DNA from: an uncultured Rikenellaceae bacterium
Lineage (GTDB): Bacteria > Bacteroidota > Bacteroidia > Bacteroidales > VadinHA17
DNA: 64,000 nt
Assembly: GCA_964389685.1 (NCBI GenBank)
Contig: CAYMFM010000004.1
Location: 1,310 to 65,309 of the forward strand
Direction of reading: 5' to 3'
Of the stretch, positions 8,411 through 17,363 are shown in pieces (position 1 is the stretch's first letter; every line of letters begins with the position of its first letter). The position numbers and the translations under genes are program-made. Below the pieces are notes generated by a model. The model did no database searches. It was not told the origin of the DNA and saw nothing but the letters and a program-made list of their open reading frames with translations.

Positions 8411-9202
8411 ATGAAGTATGGTGTAATTCATTGTTCATTAGCAGCCATTCGCAAGGCACCAAGCGAGAAAAGTGAAATGGTTAACCAGATGATTTTTGGA
8501 GAGCATGTAACCATTCACAAGGTGCTCCGTCGCTGGATGTATGTTGAATCTGCGTATGACGGGTATTCCGGGTGGATAAACAGTCTCTCACTCATTCCAC
8601 TTGCGAATGATCAGCTTATTCATTTTAATGATAAGAACTCAGTCGTTCTTCCACGGTTGAGCAGGGCGGTTGTCCATGAGCAGCGGGAATTATACATCCA
8701 TCTGGTTCCTGGTTCCCTGTTGCCATCCTATGATGGGGGAAATGGAGATTTCCGTCTTGGAGATCAGCGCTATAAGCTTGACAATCCGGTTGAGCAGGAG
8801 ATCATGAAGCTGGACCGGACTGGTGTTGTAAATACCGGTTTTGCATTTTTGAATTCGCCCTACCTGTGGGGTGGAAGGAGTCCTTTTGGCATTGACAGTC
8901 CGGGATTAATCCAGGTTGTAGGGAAGATTCACGGAGTCTGCCTTCCAAGGGAAGTGGATCAGCAGGTTACTTACGGATCAATTGTAAACTTTATTGAAGA
9001 GGCAGAACCGGGTGATTTGGCCTTTTTTGACGATGAAGAGGGGAAAATTGCACATGCAGGGATTATAGTTGATAAGAGCAGTATCCTACACGCATCTGGA
9101 AGTGTCAGAATCGATGCAGTCGATCATCAGGGAATATTCAGGGAAGATACCGGTGAATATACGTACAGGCTCCGCGTAGTAAAAAATATCATAGATCCTT
9201 AA
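8411..9202 (+). CDS. SH3b + NlpC/P60 (C40) family peptidoglycan peptidase-like protein, nucleophile Cys replaced by Ser
   Basis: 263 aa. YLWGGRSPFGID-S-PGL where the family has DCSGL. Downstream are AHAGIIV and ILHAS (the His residues). Confidence 0.8.
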   Translation: MKYGVIHCSLAAIRKAPSEKSEMVNQMIFGEHVTIHKVLRRWMYVESAYDGYSGWINSLSLIPLANDQLIHFNDKNSVVLPRLSRAVVHEQRELYIHLVPGSLLPSYDGGNGDFRLGDQRYKLDNPVEQEIMKLDRTGVVNTGFAFLNSPYLWGGRSPFGIDSPGLIQVVGKIHGVCLPREVDQQVTYGSIVNFIEEAEPGDLAFFDDEEGKIAHAGIIVDKSSILHASGSVRIDAVDHQGIFREDTGEYTYRLRVVKNIIDP

Positions 9203-9263
9203 AAATCTGTTGGAAAAAACAACCTTATTCATTCAGCCAGAGCGCGGTGAATGGCCTTATCCG

Positions 9264-9749
9264 TTATTTGGAGAATAGCTCCTGGAAGAAGTACCAGGTC
9301 ATTACACCGGAGGTGGCAAGTTTCAATCCTATTCCCAGTGCAAATCCGACGAGTGAACCGAAACCGGCTTTCAGTGATTTATTAAAATCCTTACCTTTTA
9401 ATGATTCAGCGATAATTGCTCCTACCAACGGACCGATAATAATTCCAATGGGTGGCAAGACGAATATTCCAATCAACAAACCTATTGTAGCACCCCAGAT
9501 TCCTGCTTTGGATCCTCCAAATCTTTTTGTTCCCCAAAGGGGTACGATGTAATCCAGGATGGTCACTATGATTGCCACACATGCCATTAACACAAGGAAT
9601 GTTACACCAAATTCAGCAAATCGTGTAAAATGCAGGACAAGCAATCCGATGTAACTCAGCGGAGGACCGGGAATGACAGGCAAGATGCAACCGATTAAAC
9701 CGATCAGCATAAAAATGATGGATAAAATCAATAGAAACCAGTCGAGCAT
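9264..9749 (-). CDS. DUF456-family small membrane protein
   Basis: 161 aa with four TM helices. The N-terminus MLDWFLLILSIIFMLIGLIGCILPVIPGPPLSY is typical of DUF456. Confidence 0.65.
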   Translation of the reverse strand: MLDWFLLILSIIFMLIGLIGCILPVIPGPPLSYIGLLVLHFTRFAEFGVTFLVLMACVAIIVTILDYIVPLWGTKRFGGSKAGIWGATIGLLIGIFVLPPIGIIIGPLVGAIIAESLKGKDFNKSLKAGFGSLVGFALGIGLKLATSGVMTWYFFQELFSK

Positions 9750-9842
9750 AAGTCAAGGGAAAAGTTATAAGTTATTAGTTATAAGTATCTGAGACTATAA
9801 TTTCAGGAGTAAATATACGAACTGAAATTAAAAGGTCTAAAG

Positions 9843-9883
9843 TTAACCCGAAAAATTCAAAGAATTTTTCGCCATTTATGGCT
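9843..9883. repeat. 41-nt double-hairpin repeat (second copy of 4303-4343)
   Basis: ttaacccgaaaaattc-aaa-gaatttttcgccatttatggct. It is identical to 4303-4343 except that the 3-nt loop is aaa instead of ttt. Confidence 0.8.
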
Positions 9884-9892
9884 ATCTTGATC

Positions 9893-10450
9893 TTAGAGTA
9901 ACAGGATTAAGGCGGCTACAGGGATGGTAAGACCCAGGGCGGTCATCCACCATCCCCTGCCGGCAATTCCGTTTTTCCCACGGATTATCAACAGACCGGT
10001 GATAGTAATAAGGATAAGAGCCACACAGAAGATATCAGAGAACCAGGTCCACCATCGAATCGGGTTATAATGCAGGAAATTGACCTGGTGAAAAAGTGGT
10101 CTTCTTCTGATCTTTTCGATCAATCCGTTGCCCGATTTCAGGTTTATATAAACCGATCCGCCTGCAATGAAGACCTTCAGCTGGTCGTCAGCAGGGAAAT
10201 AGTGTTTTTTGTATGTTTCTTTCTCCCCAAGTTGTTCCAGAAGCTTAATGACGGCGGCTTCAGTCAATTCCTCTCTGGTGTAGGATTTATCAAGCTGGAT
10301 TTCTTTTGTCTGGATGATGTAGTTTGGATTCCAATCCTTGATATGATTAAGGGCGATGCCTGACAAGGCATATATGATGGTCATTCCCGTAAAAAAATAA
10401 CTCAGATCCCGGTGTAAAACCCGGTTCCATTTTCTCCACCTGATCTTCAC
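9893..10450 (-). CDS. PepSY-associated TM helix domain protein
   Basis: 185 aa. The N-terminal WRKWNRVLHRDLSYFFTGMTIIYALSGIALNH motif and the C-terminal TM helices are typical of PepSY-TM proteins. Confidence 0.6.
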   Translation of the reverse strand: MKIRWRKWNRVLHRDLSYFFTGMTIIYALSGIALNHIKDWNPNYIIQTKEIQLDKSYTREELTEAAVIKLLEQLGEKETYKKHYFPADDQLKVFIAGGSVYINLKSGNGLIEKIRRRPLFHQVNFLHYNPIRWWTWFSDIFCVALILITITGLLIIRGKNGIAGRGWWMTALGLTIPVAALILLL

Positions 10451-10523
10451 CTGTTGGTCCCTCTATATAATACAGCCCCAAAGCTTTAGTTGTTATTGGA
10501 AGCTCTGAGTACTGGACTATTTT

Positions 10524-11078
10524 TTACTTTTTTGTAAATTCAATGCATTCAATAGAGTAGAAAGCAATATGGTCTTTCCCGCTCTCTTCCAGTTGTTTTC
10601 TATAGCTATTGATCTGTTGCATATCGCCCACATGAAGTCCCTGATCGGCCATTTCGCCGTATTCGGTTTGCGCGTGTCCTTCTTCCGAGGCATCATGCTT
10701 TGAAGACAGCTCCTCTTCCCATTTTGCGAGATAATCTTCATCGATTACCAGTTCCTGGAAAAGACCTGTTACCTGGAGTTCGCTTCCTTCCAGTTCAACA
10801 TCAAAAGTAGGAATGTTTTTTCCGACCGTTATTTTGATTCTCTCTTCACCTTCCGGATCAACCATAAACATTTTTTTTCCGGTTTCCCTGCAAACGTGAT
10901 CGATAATTCCGGTAACCAATACAGATTTGTCAACATATTTCTCCCTGTTCTCCATCAGGTCTGACAGTGTTACTTCAAGGACCGGGTCTTTGTTTTCATC
11001 CTGACCTGTTTTATTGCTGGTATTGCAGGCAAACAGGATAGTCAGAGTAATAAATCCGAATGCAAATTTTTTATTCAT
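10524..11078 (-). CDS. putative lipoprotein downstream of feoB, unknown function
   Basis: The track ORF extends to 11171 and overlaps feoB. The ATG at 11078 gives MNKKFAFGFITLTILFACNTS (lipobox). It lies 61 nt after the feoB stop on the same strand. Confidence 0.55.
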   Translation of the reverse strand: MNKKFAFGFITLTILFACNTSNKTGQDENKDPVLEVTLSDLMENREKYVDKSVLVTGIIDHVCRETGKKMFMVDPEGEERIKITVGKNIPTFDVELEGSELQVTGLFQELVIDEDYLAKWEEELSSKHDASEEGHAQTEYGEMADQGLHVGDMQQINSYRKQLEESGKDHIAFYSIECIEFTKK

Positions 11079-11139
11079 TTCGTCTGTAGGTTTTGGTTCG
11101 TAAATGGATTGAAACCGCAAAGATAAGATAATAATCAAA

Positions 11140-13425
11140 TTAAACCAGCAGATTACCAACCTGGTAAACAATGAAAGCCAATAGCCATGCCAGACCGGTA
11201 GTATAGGCTATGGTGAACAGGGCCCATTTCCAACTCCCGGTTTCATTTCGTATTGCGGCAATCACTGCAATACAGGGGAAATAGGTAAGGATAAAGATCA
11301 TAAAACCGAGTGCCACCACCGGGGTAAAGGTAGTTTCATCGTGATTTTTATTTTGTTGAACGGATGAATTTCGTAAAACATTCATCAGTGATTCATGTTT
11401 GGAATCATTTTGAGAATTAGCCTGGTAGAGTATTCCCATGGTGCTTACCACAATCTCCTTGGCAGCGATTCCGGACAGGAGGCTTACACCCATTTTCCAG
11501 TCGAATCCGATTGGTTTCAGGGCAGGTTCAATGAATTTACCAATTTGTCCTATGTATGAGTTTTCATGCCGTTCGGCTTCTTTTTTCAAAATAATTTGCT
11601 GTATTTGCATCTCCCTCTCCTCGTCCAGGGTCTTTTTTTCTGATCCATTTTCCGGTGAAAGAAGGGATGATCTTTCGGTAAACCGGTTATTGATTTCCGA
11701 CAGTTCCTGTTCATAATTAACGGAATAATCCACATCTCTCGGGTAATAGCCCAGTGCCCAGATTATGACAGATGCAACGAGTATTATCCCGCCCATTTTT
11801 TTCAGGTATTGAGCCCCCTTTTGCCACATGTGTACCACTATTGTGCGAAATGATGGTGCGCGATAGGGAGGGAGTTCCATGACAAATGGGATCTCCTCGC
11901 TTCTGAAAATTGTTTTTTTAAATGTAATAGCCACCAGGGTTGCCAGAACAATACCAATAAAATAGATAAGGAAGAGCATTAATCCCGGATGGCCGGGGAA
12001 AAAAGCCCCGATAAGCAGAATGTATACCGGTAATCGGGCACTGCATGACATGAAGGGGTTGATCAGGATGGTAAGGATCCTGTTGTTGCGGTTCTCAATA
12101 GAACGGGTTGCCATGATTGCAGGGACATTGCAACCAAATCCCATCAAGAGAGGGATAAACGATTTTCCATGGAGGCCGATTTTATGCATGACTTTATCCA
12201 TGATGAACGCTGCCCTTGACATGTACCCGGTATCTTCCATCAGGGATATGAAAAAGAAGAGGATCAGGATATTGGGAAGGAATATAATGACACTTCCTAC
12301 CCCTTCAATAATCCCATGTATGATCAGGTTTTTAAATGATCCTTCCATCATGGATGCTTCGAGCCATCCGGAAAGCAAATTGATTCCGGAATCCAGCCAG
12401 TCCATAGGATATTGTCCCAATTCAAAGGTTGAGAAGAACATGACAAACATAAAAAAGAGAAAAATCGGGTATCCGAAAAGACGGTGTGTCATGAACGAAT
12501 CAATTGCCTCGGTTTTGTCCATACGGGATTCACCACCAACAAAGGTTTCTTTGAGTGCACCGGAGATAAACCCATACCGGGCATCCCTGATCAATGTATC
12601 GCTTTCTTCATTATACATCTGTTCAAGCCTGCTCATTTCCAATTGAGTACACGTCTTTATTTTTTCATGGTTGCTCAATACGGAAAGGGTGAAATTGATG
12701 GATTCATCTTTTTCAAGAAGCCTGACAGCATAGAACCGGGAAGATATAGCGATAAATCGTTCCTGATTCTGCCGGATCTCTTCTTCTATTTTCCGGATCG
12801 ATGTTTCAACGGTTTTTCCATAGTTGATATGAATCCGTCTATATGGTTTATTCTCTTCATATACGTCAATCACACTCTGAAACAACTCCTTAATACCATA
12901 TCCATTGGTGCTGATGGTAGGTATGATTGGAATTCCGATCATTTTCGCCAGCGAATGGTAATCGAATTTATCCCCCTTTTTAATCATTTTGTCATGCATG
13001 TTCAATGCAATGACCATTTTTACATCCATATCGATCAGCTGGGTGGTGAGGTAAAGATCTCTTTCCAGGTTTTCACTGTTGAGGACATTGATTACCACAT
13101 CTGGCATTTCCCCTAAAATGTATTTTCTTACATTGAACTCTTCAGGTGTATGGGCGGAAAGGGAATAGATACCAGGGAGTTCCACGATATTGAATTCATA
13201 CCCATCCTGTTCGATAATGACAGATCCAGATTCAAGGGTCACATCCGTATTGTTGGTGACCTGCTGATTCGTATGGGATGCATGCTGCAAAAGAGTCGTT
13301 TTTCCTGACTGGGGGTTTCCAACAAGTGCTATAGTCAGTGATTTACTCTTCGCTTGTTCTGCTTCCTGCAAGTTTTTCCCTGGCATGGGAACTGCTTCAT
13401 TATTTTGAAATTTTGAGCGATCCAT
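11140..13425 (-). CDS. feoB: ferrous iron transporter FeoB
   Basis: 761 aa. N-terminal G domain (ALVGNPQSGKTTL) followed by a polytopic membrane domain with gate motifs. No FeoA domain or adjacent feoA ORF was seen. Confidence 0.92.
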   Translation of the reverse strand: MDRSKFQNNEAVPMPGKNLQEAEQAKSKSLTIALVGNPQSGKTTLLQHASHTNQQVTNNTDVTLESGSVIIEQDGYEFNIVELPGIYSLSAHTPEEFNVRKYILGEMPDVVINVLNSENLERDLYLTTQLIDMDVKMVIALNMHDKMIKKGDKFDYHSLAKMIGIPIIPTISTNGYGIKELFQSVIDVYEENKPYRRIHINYGKTVETSIRKIEEEIRQNQERFIAISSRFYAVRLLEKDESINFTLSVLSNHEKIKTCTQLEMSRLEQMYNEESDTLIRDARYGFISGALKETFVGGESRMDKTEAIDSFMTHRLFGYPIFLFFMFVMFFSTFELGQYPMDWLDSGINLLSGWLEASMMEGSFKNLIIHGIIEGVGSVIIFLPNILILFFFISLMEDTGYMSRAAFIMDKVMHKIGLHGKSFIPLLMGFGCNVPAIMATRSIENRNNRILTILINPFMSCSARLPVYILLIGAFFPGHPGLMLFLIYFIGIVLATLVAITFKKTIFRSEEIPFVMELPPYRAPSFRTIVVHMWQKGAQYLKKMGGIILVASVIIWALGYYPRDVDYSVNYEQELSEINNRFTERSSLLSPENGSEKKTLDEEREMQIQQIILKKEAERHENSYIGQIGKFIEPALKPIGFDWKMGVSLLSGIAAKEIVVSTMGILYQANSQNDSKHESLMNVLRNSSVQQNKNHDETTFTPVVALGFMIFILTYFPCIAVIAAIRNETGSWKWALFTIAYTTGLAWLLAFIVYQVGNLLV

Positions 13426-13751
13426 GGAATGATTTTTATGATTCCCTGCCTTTCCGGTAACGGGCAGTAAACCTACTAATCATTCCTTTTCCCGACAATA
13501 CCATTATGTGGGTATTTTTATGGGTTAATTTTGTACTGTTGAAAAGATGGAGAAGTACAGGTAGAATCTCGTAAGGTGTAGATGTAGATTCCTCTCACGG
13601 GAGCATGAGGCAATGATAAGAAGAGAGTTATGATAATTATACCATCCGCATTGAAGGGTATTTATTCAATGGATCACGTTTCGCCGGGTATAGCTGAATT
13701 CAACGATTCAGCTTTTAAGAGGAAAGGGTGTTATCAGAAGCCTGTATTGGA

Positions 13752-14198
13752 TTAGCTTTTATCTTCCAGGTCTTCAAAATCAACATCGGTATAGGTCTCA
13801 GCCAATTCTTCATCAACTTTGGTTTCAACCTTTGTTTCATCCCCTTTCTCCTGGGGTGTAATTTCCTCCTTCTCGATGAGCTCTGGCCTGTTTTCCTGTA
13901 TGTATTCAATTACTTCTGCCAGGCCATCTGAGAATTTATCAAAATCTTCCTTGTAGAGGAAAATTTTATGTTTCTCATAGTAGAATCGGCCATCACGGTT
14001 AAATCTTTTCTTGCTCTCCGTAATGGTCAGGTAGTAATCATTTCGTCTGGTCGCTTTGACATCAAAAAAATAGGTTCTTTTTCCTGCACGAACAACTTTC
14101 GAAAAAATTTCTTCCCTATCATTATTGTTGGGGGCATCATTCTTGTCTTTCTCCTCTTTTTTCTCCAGTTGTTCTTTTTTTTCAGATCCTTCTTCCAT
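13752..14198 (-). CDS. PUR-alpha-like nucleic-acid-binding protein (DUF3276 family)
   Basis: Core KVVRAGKRTYFFDVKATRRNDYYLTITESKK...FYYEKHKIFLYKEDF with Lys/Glu-rich and acidic tails. I prefer the ATG at 14198 because the TTG at 14234 lies inside a -7 box. Confidence 0.7.
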   Translation of the reverse strand: MEEGSEKKEQLEKKEEKDKNDAPNNNDREEIFSKVVRAGKRTYFFDVKATRRNDYYLTITESKKRFNRDGRFYYEKHKIFLYKEDFDKFSDGLAEVIEYIQENRPELIEKEEITPQEKGDETKVETKVDEELAETYTDVDFEDLEDKS

Positions 14199-14231
14199 CT
14201 TTCTAGGTTTTGTTAGAGATGATTTTACGTT

Positions 14232-14239
14232 CAAATGTA
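14232..14239 (-). promoter_or_regulatory. Bacteroidota -7 box (TAcaTTTG on the minus strand) upstream of the DUF3276 gene
   Basis: Plus strand caaatgta, 34 nt upstream of the ATG at 14198. Confidence 0.4.
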
Positions 14240-14346
14240 TAAAATAATTTTAAAACGCACATAGATATAGTAAATTAATAGCTAATGGATGCCGATGAAT
14301 CCTGAGATTGTTGAAGTGAGCGCTTTGATCGGGTGGAAAAATAGCT

Positions 14347-14354
14347 TACATTTG
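14347..14354 (+). promoter_or_regulatory. Bacteroidota -7 box TAcaTTTG upstream of nusB
   Basis: Exact TAnnTTTG match, 132 nt upstream of the nusB ATG. This implies a leader of about 125 nt. Confidence 0.35.
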
Positions 14355-14485
14355 TGCAAAAGAGGTTATTACCGGTTCTTTATCCGCCAAAGGGCGGATG
14401 CGGGTCAAATTTCTTGCCCCCTGGGTGGGGAGACAACAAGTTCCATTTGATACCCCATCTGCTTCCGGCGGGATTGTTCATTATC

Positions 14486-15457
14486 ATGCTTAGCAGGAGA
14501 ATACTACGCATAAAAATTTTACAGTCGCTTTATGCATATTATAAGGCAGGGGAAGAGTCTTTAAACAATGCTGAAAAACAACTTTTTTTCAGTATCCGGA
14601 AGACTTATGATCTTTATCATTACCTGCTTTTATTGATCGTAGAGATCGTCCGTTTTCTTGAATCACGCATAGAGCTTGCCAGGAATAAGCAGATACTTAC
14701 TTTTGATGATCTTCATCCGAATACACGCTTCATTGATAACAGACTTGTAAAGCAGATCAGTGATAATAATCATTTTAAATTCTATCTTAAGGAGACCAAA
14801 CTCAGCTGGGTTAACTACCCCGAATTGATCAGGGGGCTTAGCAAAAAGATCGATGAATCGGAGGATTACGTTGCGTACATGTCACAGGAAAATGTTGATT
14901 ATGAAGACGATAAGAAAGTAATCTCAAAAATATTCTCGACGATGATCATTTTTTCCGAGGAGTTGTACCAAAACCTTGAGGAGCAGAGTATTTTTTGGAA
15001 CGATGATGTTGAATTTGCGGTAAGCATGATCATTAAAACGGTAAAAAAGTTTACTAAAGATTCAGGACCTGATACTCCGTTGATGCTCATGTATCGAAAT
15101 GACGACGATAAACAGTTTGTAAAAAGGTTATTTCGAATGGCTATTGCAAACGGGGATGACTATATTGCATTGATAGGGAAATATACAAAAAACTGGGAGA
15201 TCGAACGAATCGCATTTATGGATATCCTGGTTATGCAACTCTGTATTGCTGAGATAGTTGAGTTCGAAGACATCCCGACTAAAGTCAGCTTCAACGAGTA
15301 CCTTGAAATTTCAAAAAATTACAGTACACCCAAAAGCAGTTATTTTATCAATGGAATTCTTGATAAGATCATTCATGAACTGAAGGCGGAGAAGATAATC
15401 GTTAAAAAAGGCAGAGGGTTAGTTGGAGAGGAGAATGAAAACAAGGATCCGGTTTGA
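14486..15457 (+). CDS. nusB: transcription antitermination factor NusB (long Bacteroidota form)
   Basis: The ATG at 14486 gives MLSRRILRIKILQSLYAYY, a NusB-type N-terminus. The upstream part of the track ORF (14354-14485) is hairpin-rich leader. The nusB-DUF1573-yajC synteny is conserved. Confidence 0.8.
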   Translation: MLSRRILRIKILQSLYAYYKAGEESLNNAEKQLFFSIRKTYDLYHYLLLLIVEIVRFLESRIELARNKQILTFDDLHPNTRFIDNRLVKQISDNNHFKFYLKETKLSWVNYPELIRGLSKKIDESEDYVAYMSQENVDYEDDKKVISKIFSTMIIFSEELYQNLEEQSIFWNDDVEFAVSMIIKTVKKFTKDSGPDTPLMLMYRNDDDKQFVKRLFRMAIANGDDYIALIGKYTKNWEIERIAFMDILVMQLCIAEIVEFEDIPTKVSFNEYLEISKNYSTPKSSYFINGILDKIIHELKAEKIIVKKGRGLVGEENENKDPV

Positions 15458-15503
15458 TCAAATGGTAAAATTGTTCTTAATTTGCATGAAAATTATTCGG
15501 GCT

Positions 15504-15953
15504 ATGAAAATAGAAGCTTTTATTATCCTGGTGATCTTTGTTATCACGGTTGGGCTTGTATCCTGCCAACGAACTTCCGGTTCCGGTAAAACGAACAGTC
15601 AGGTATTAAACGAGCAACGTAATGATGAAGGAACACCCGTTATCAAATTTACAGTTGAATCGCATGACTTCGGTGACATTGCCTCGGGGGAAAAGGTTTC
15701 TTATACATTCACCTATGCCAATGAGGGGGATGCAAATCTTGTAATTCTTTCGGCCACAGCCAGTTGTGGTTGTACTGTGCCCAAATGGAACAAAGACCCT
15801 TTGCCGCCCGGAAAAGAGGGATACGTTGAAGTTGTATTTGACAGTTCTGGCAGAAGTGGAAAACAGATCAAAAACGTTGCCATCCGATCCAACAGTGATC
15901 CAGCAGTAAAGGTGCTTCAGATACAGGCAAACATTGTAGAATCAAATAATTAA
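15504..15953 (+). CDS. DUF1573 domain-containing secreted/lipoprotein
   Basis: MKIEAFIILVIFVITVGLVSCQ signal/lipobox. The DUF1573 core is SATASCGCTVPKWNKDPLPPGKEGYVEVVFD. The start could be 15486 or 15504. Confidence 0.75.
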   Translation: MKIEAFIILVIFVITVGLVSCQRTSGSGKTNSQVLNEQRNDEGTPVIKFTVESHDFGDIASGEKVSYTFTYANEGDANLVILSATASCGCTVPKWNKDPLPPGKEGYVEVVFDSSGRSGKQIKNVAIRSNSDPAVKVLQIQANIVESNN

Positions 15954-15970
15954 TTTAATACATACAGCTA

Positions 15971-16294
15971 ATGAACATGTCATTGTCAGTAATTTTAATG
16001 GCTCCGGCCGGTGAAGGACAAAGTCCTTATATGTCCTTTATATTTCTCCTGTTAATTATCCTTGTTTTTTATTTTTTTATGATTCGCCCGCAGGTTAGAA
16101 AGCAGAAAGAGCTTCGTACCTACAGAGAAGGGCTGCAAAAGGGTGATAAGATTATAACAACCGGTGGAATATATGGAAAGATCGTAGATGTTAAAGATAG
16201 TGTTGTTTTAATCGAAGTGGCTGATAATGTGAGACTAAGGGTAGACAAGAGTGCCATTGTAAAGGATTCAACAGATTTATCAGCACAGAAATAG
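15971..16294 (+). CDS. yajC: preprotein translocase subunit YajC
   Basis: 107 aa with a single TM, then MIRPQVRKQKELRTYREGLQKGDKIITTGGIYGKIVDV. Confidence 0.9.
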   Translation: MNMSLSVILMAPAGEGQSPYMSFIFLLLIILVFYFFMIRPQVRKQKELRTYREGLQKGDKIITTGGIYGKIVDVKDSVVLIEVADNVRLRVDKSAIVKDSTDLSAQK

Positions 16295-16364
16295 CCCTGG
16301 TCTGCACATTTGATTTAACTGCTCAATATACCTATGTAAAACAATCTTTTTTAATCGATGGATC

Positions 16365-17363
16365 GTGGAAAGTGATTCCGAAAATAGTAAAAACTCATTC
16401 TTCAAAAACGTAAGAATTAAGTTAGATCGGAAATTACTTATCTTTCTGTTTTTTCTTCTTCTTTCCACGATCTTCTGGTTACTGAATGAATTGAGTAAAA
16501 ATTCAAGCACAACCATAACCTGCCCGGTTAAGTATATTAACCTGCCAAAGGATAAAGTGCTGGTAAAGGAGTTGCCGTCCAGGTTTGAATTGACGATTGA
16601 AGCTCCGGGTTATACCCTGTTGAAATATAAGCTTAGTAACCGTTTGTTGCCCCTGATATTTGATCTCAATCAGTATGGTTTTACCATCATGGGGAATTCC
16701 AGTGCTCAGAAATTCTTTATTCTGACTTCAAGAGTCAGGTCAGGAATAGCAAGGCAGCTGAGGTCAGATGTACAGTTACTTAACATTTCTCCGGATAGTA
16801 TTATTTTTGAATTTGGGGAAATTGTTCAGAAGAGGGTGCCTGTGGTTCCGGATTTGTCGATTCAATATGCCAAGCAATTCATGCTGACCGGTGAGATCAC
16901 CATTGATCCCGACACGATTATGATATCGGGACCGGATCTGATAATTGATACTATACAGCAGGTTTATACACGAAAGGAATTGATCTCCGGTGTAAACCAG
17001 TTGACTACGCATAGTATCAACCTGGAGGAGATAAAAAATGTCACCTATTCCACAAAGAAGGTCACCATTACTATTCCCGTTGAGCAATATACAGAAGCGC
17101 TCCTTGACATTCCGATTGAGAAGGTTCATGTCCCTGATAGTTTGATACTGAAGACCTTTCCCGGGTCTGTAACATTAACCTGTAATGTTAGTTTATCCAA
17201 CTACGAAAAGCTCACTCCTCATCAATTCAGGGCAGTTGTTGATTATGAGGCGATTGAAAAGAAACTCGGTAACAAACTCAAAGTAAGCATTGTAAAAGCT
17301 CCTGAATATGTGCGATCGATCCGTTTTCATCCGGTCAATGTCGAATTTATTATTGAGAAATAA
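16365..17363 (+). CDS. YbbR-like domain-containing protein
   Basis: 332 aa with a GTG start and an N-terminal TM helix. It has a repeated beta-rich architecture and the conserved position between yajC and coaE. Confidence 0.55.
   Translation: MESDSENSKNSFFKNVRIKLDRKLLIFLFFLLLSTIFWLLNELSKNSSTTITCPVKYINLPKDKVLVKELPSRFELTIEAPGYTLLKYKLSNRLLPLIFDLNQYGFTIMGNSSAQKFFILTSRVRSGIARQLRSDVQLLNISPDSIIFEFGEIVQKRVPVVPDLSIQYAKQFMLTGEITIDPDTIMISGPDLIIDTIQQVYTRKELISGVNQLTTHSINLEEIKNVTYSTKKVTITIPVEQYTEALLDIPIEKVHVPDSLILKTFPGSVTLTCNVSLSNYEKLTPHQFRAVVDYEAIEKKLGNKLKVSIVKAPEYVRSIRFHPVNVEFIIEK

Noticed and set aside
12020-13116. Two overlapping plus-strand ORFs of 208 and 210 aa
   Set aside because: They are antisense shadow ORFs inside feoB, and the FeoB reading frame has unambiguous G-domain and permease motifs. 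The same reasoning applies to 44435-45037 (antisense to the macB permease), 24305-24901 (antisense to purC), 57488-58078 (antisense to pepP) and 56213-56701.
13427-13643. Fur-box-like AT-rich sequences upstream of feoB (gaatgatttttatgattc at 13427-13444; gttatgataattatacc at 13627-13643)
   Set aside because: These are only loose resemblances to GATAAT hexamer arrays. The second overlaps the recurrent word GAGTTATG, so it may belong to the repeat vocabulary. The Fur consensus for this lineage is not known to me.
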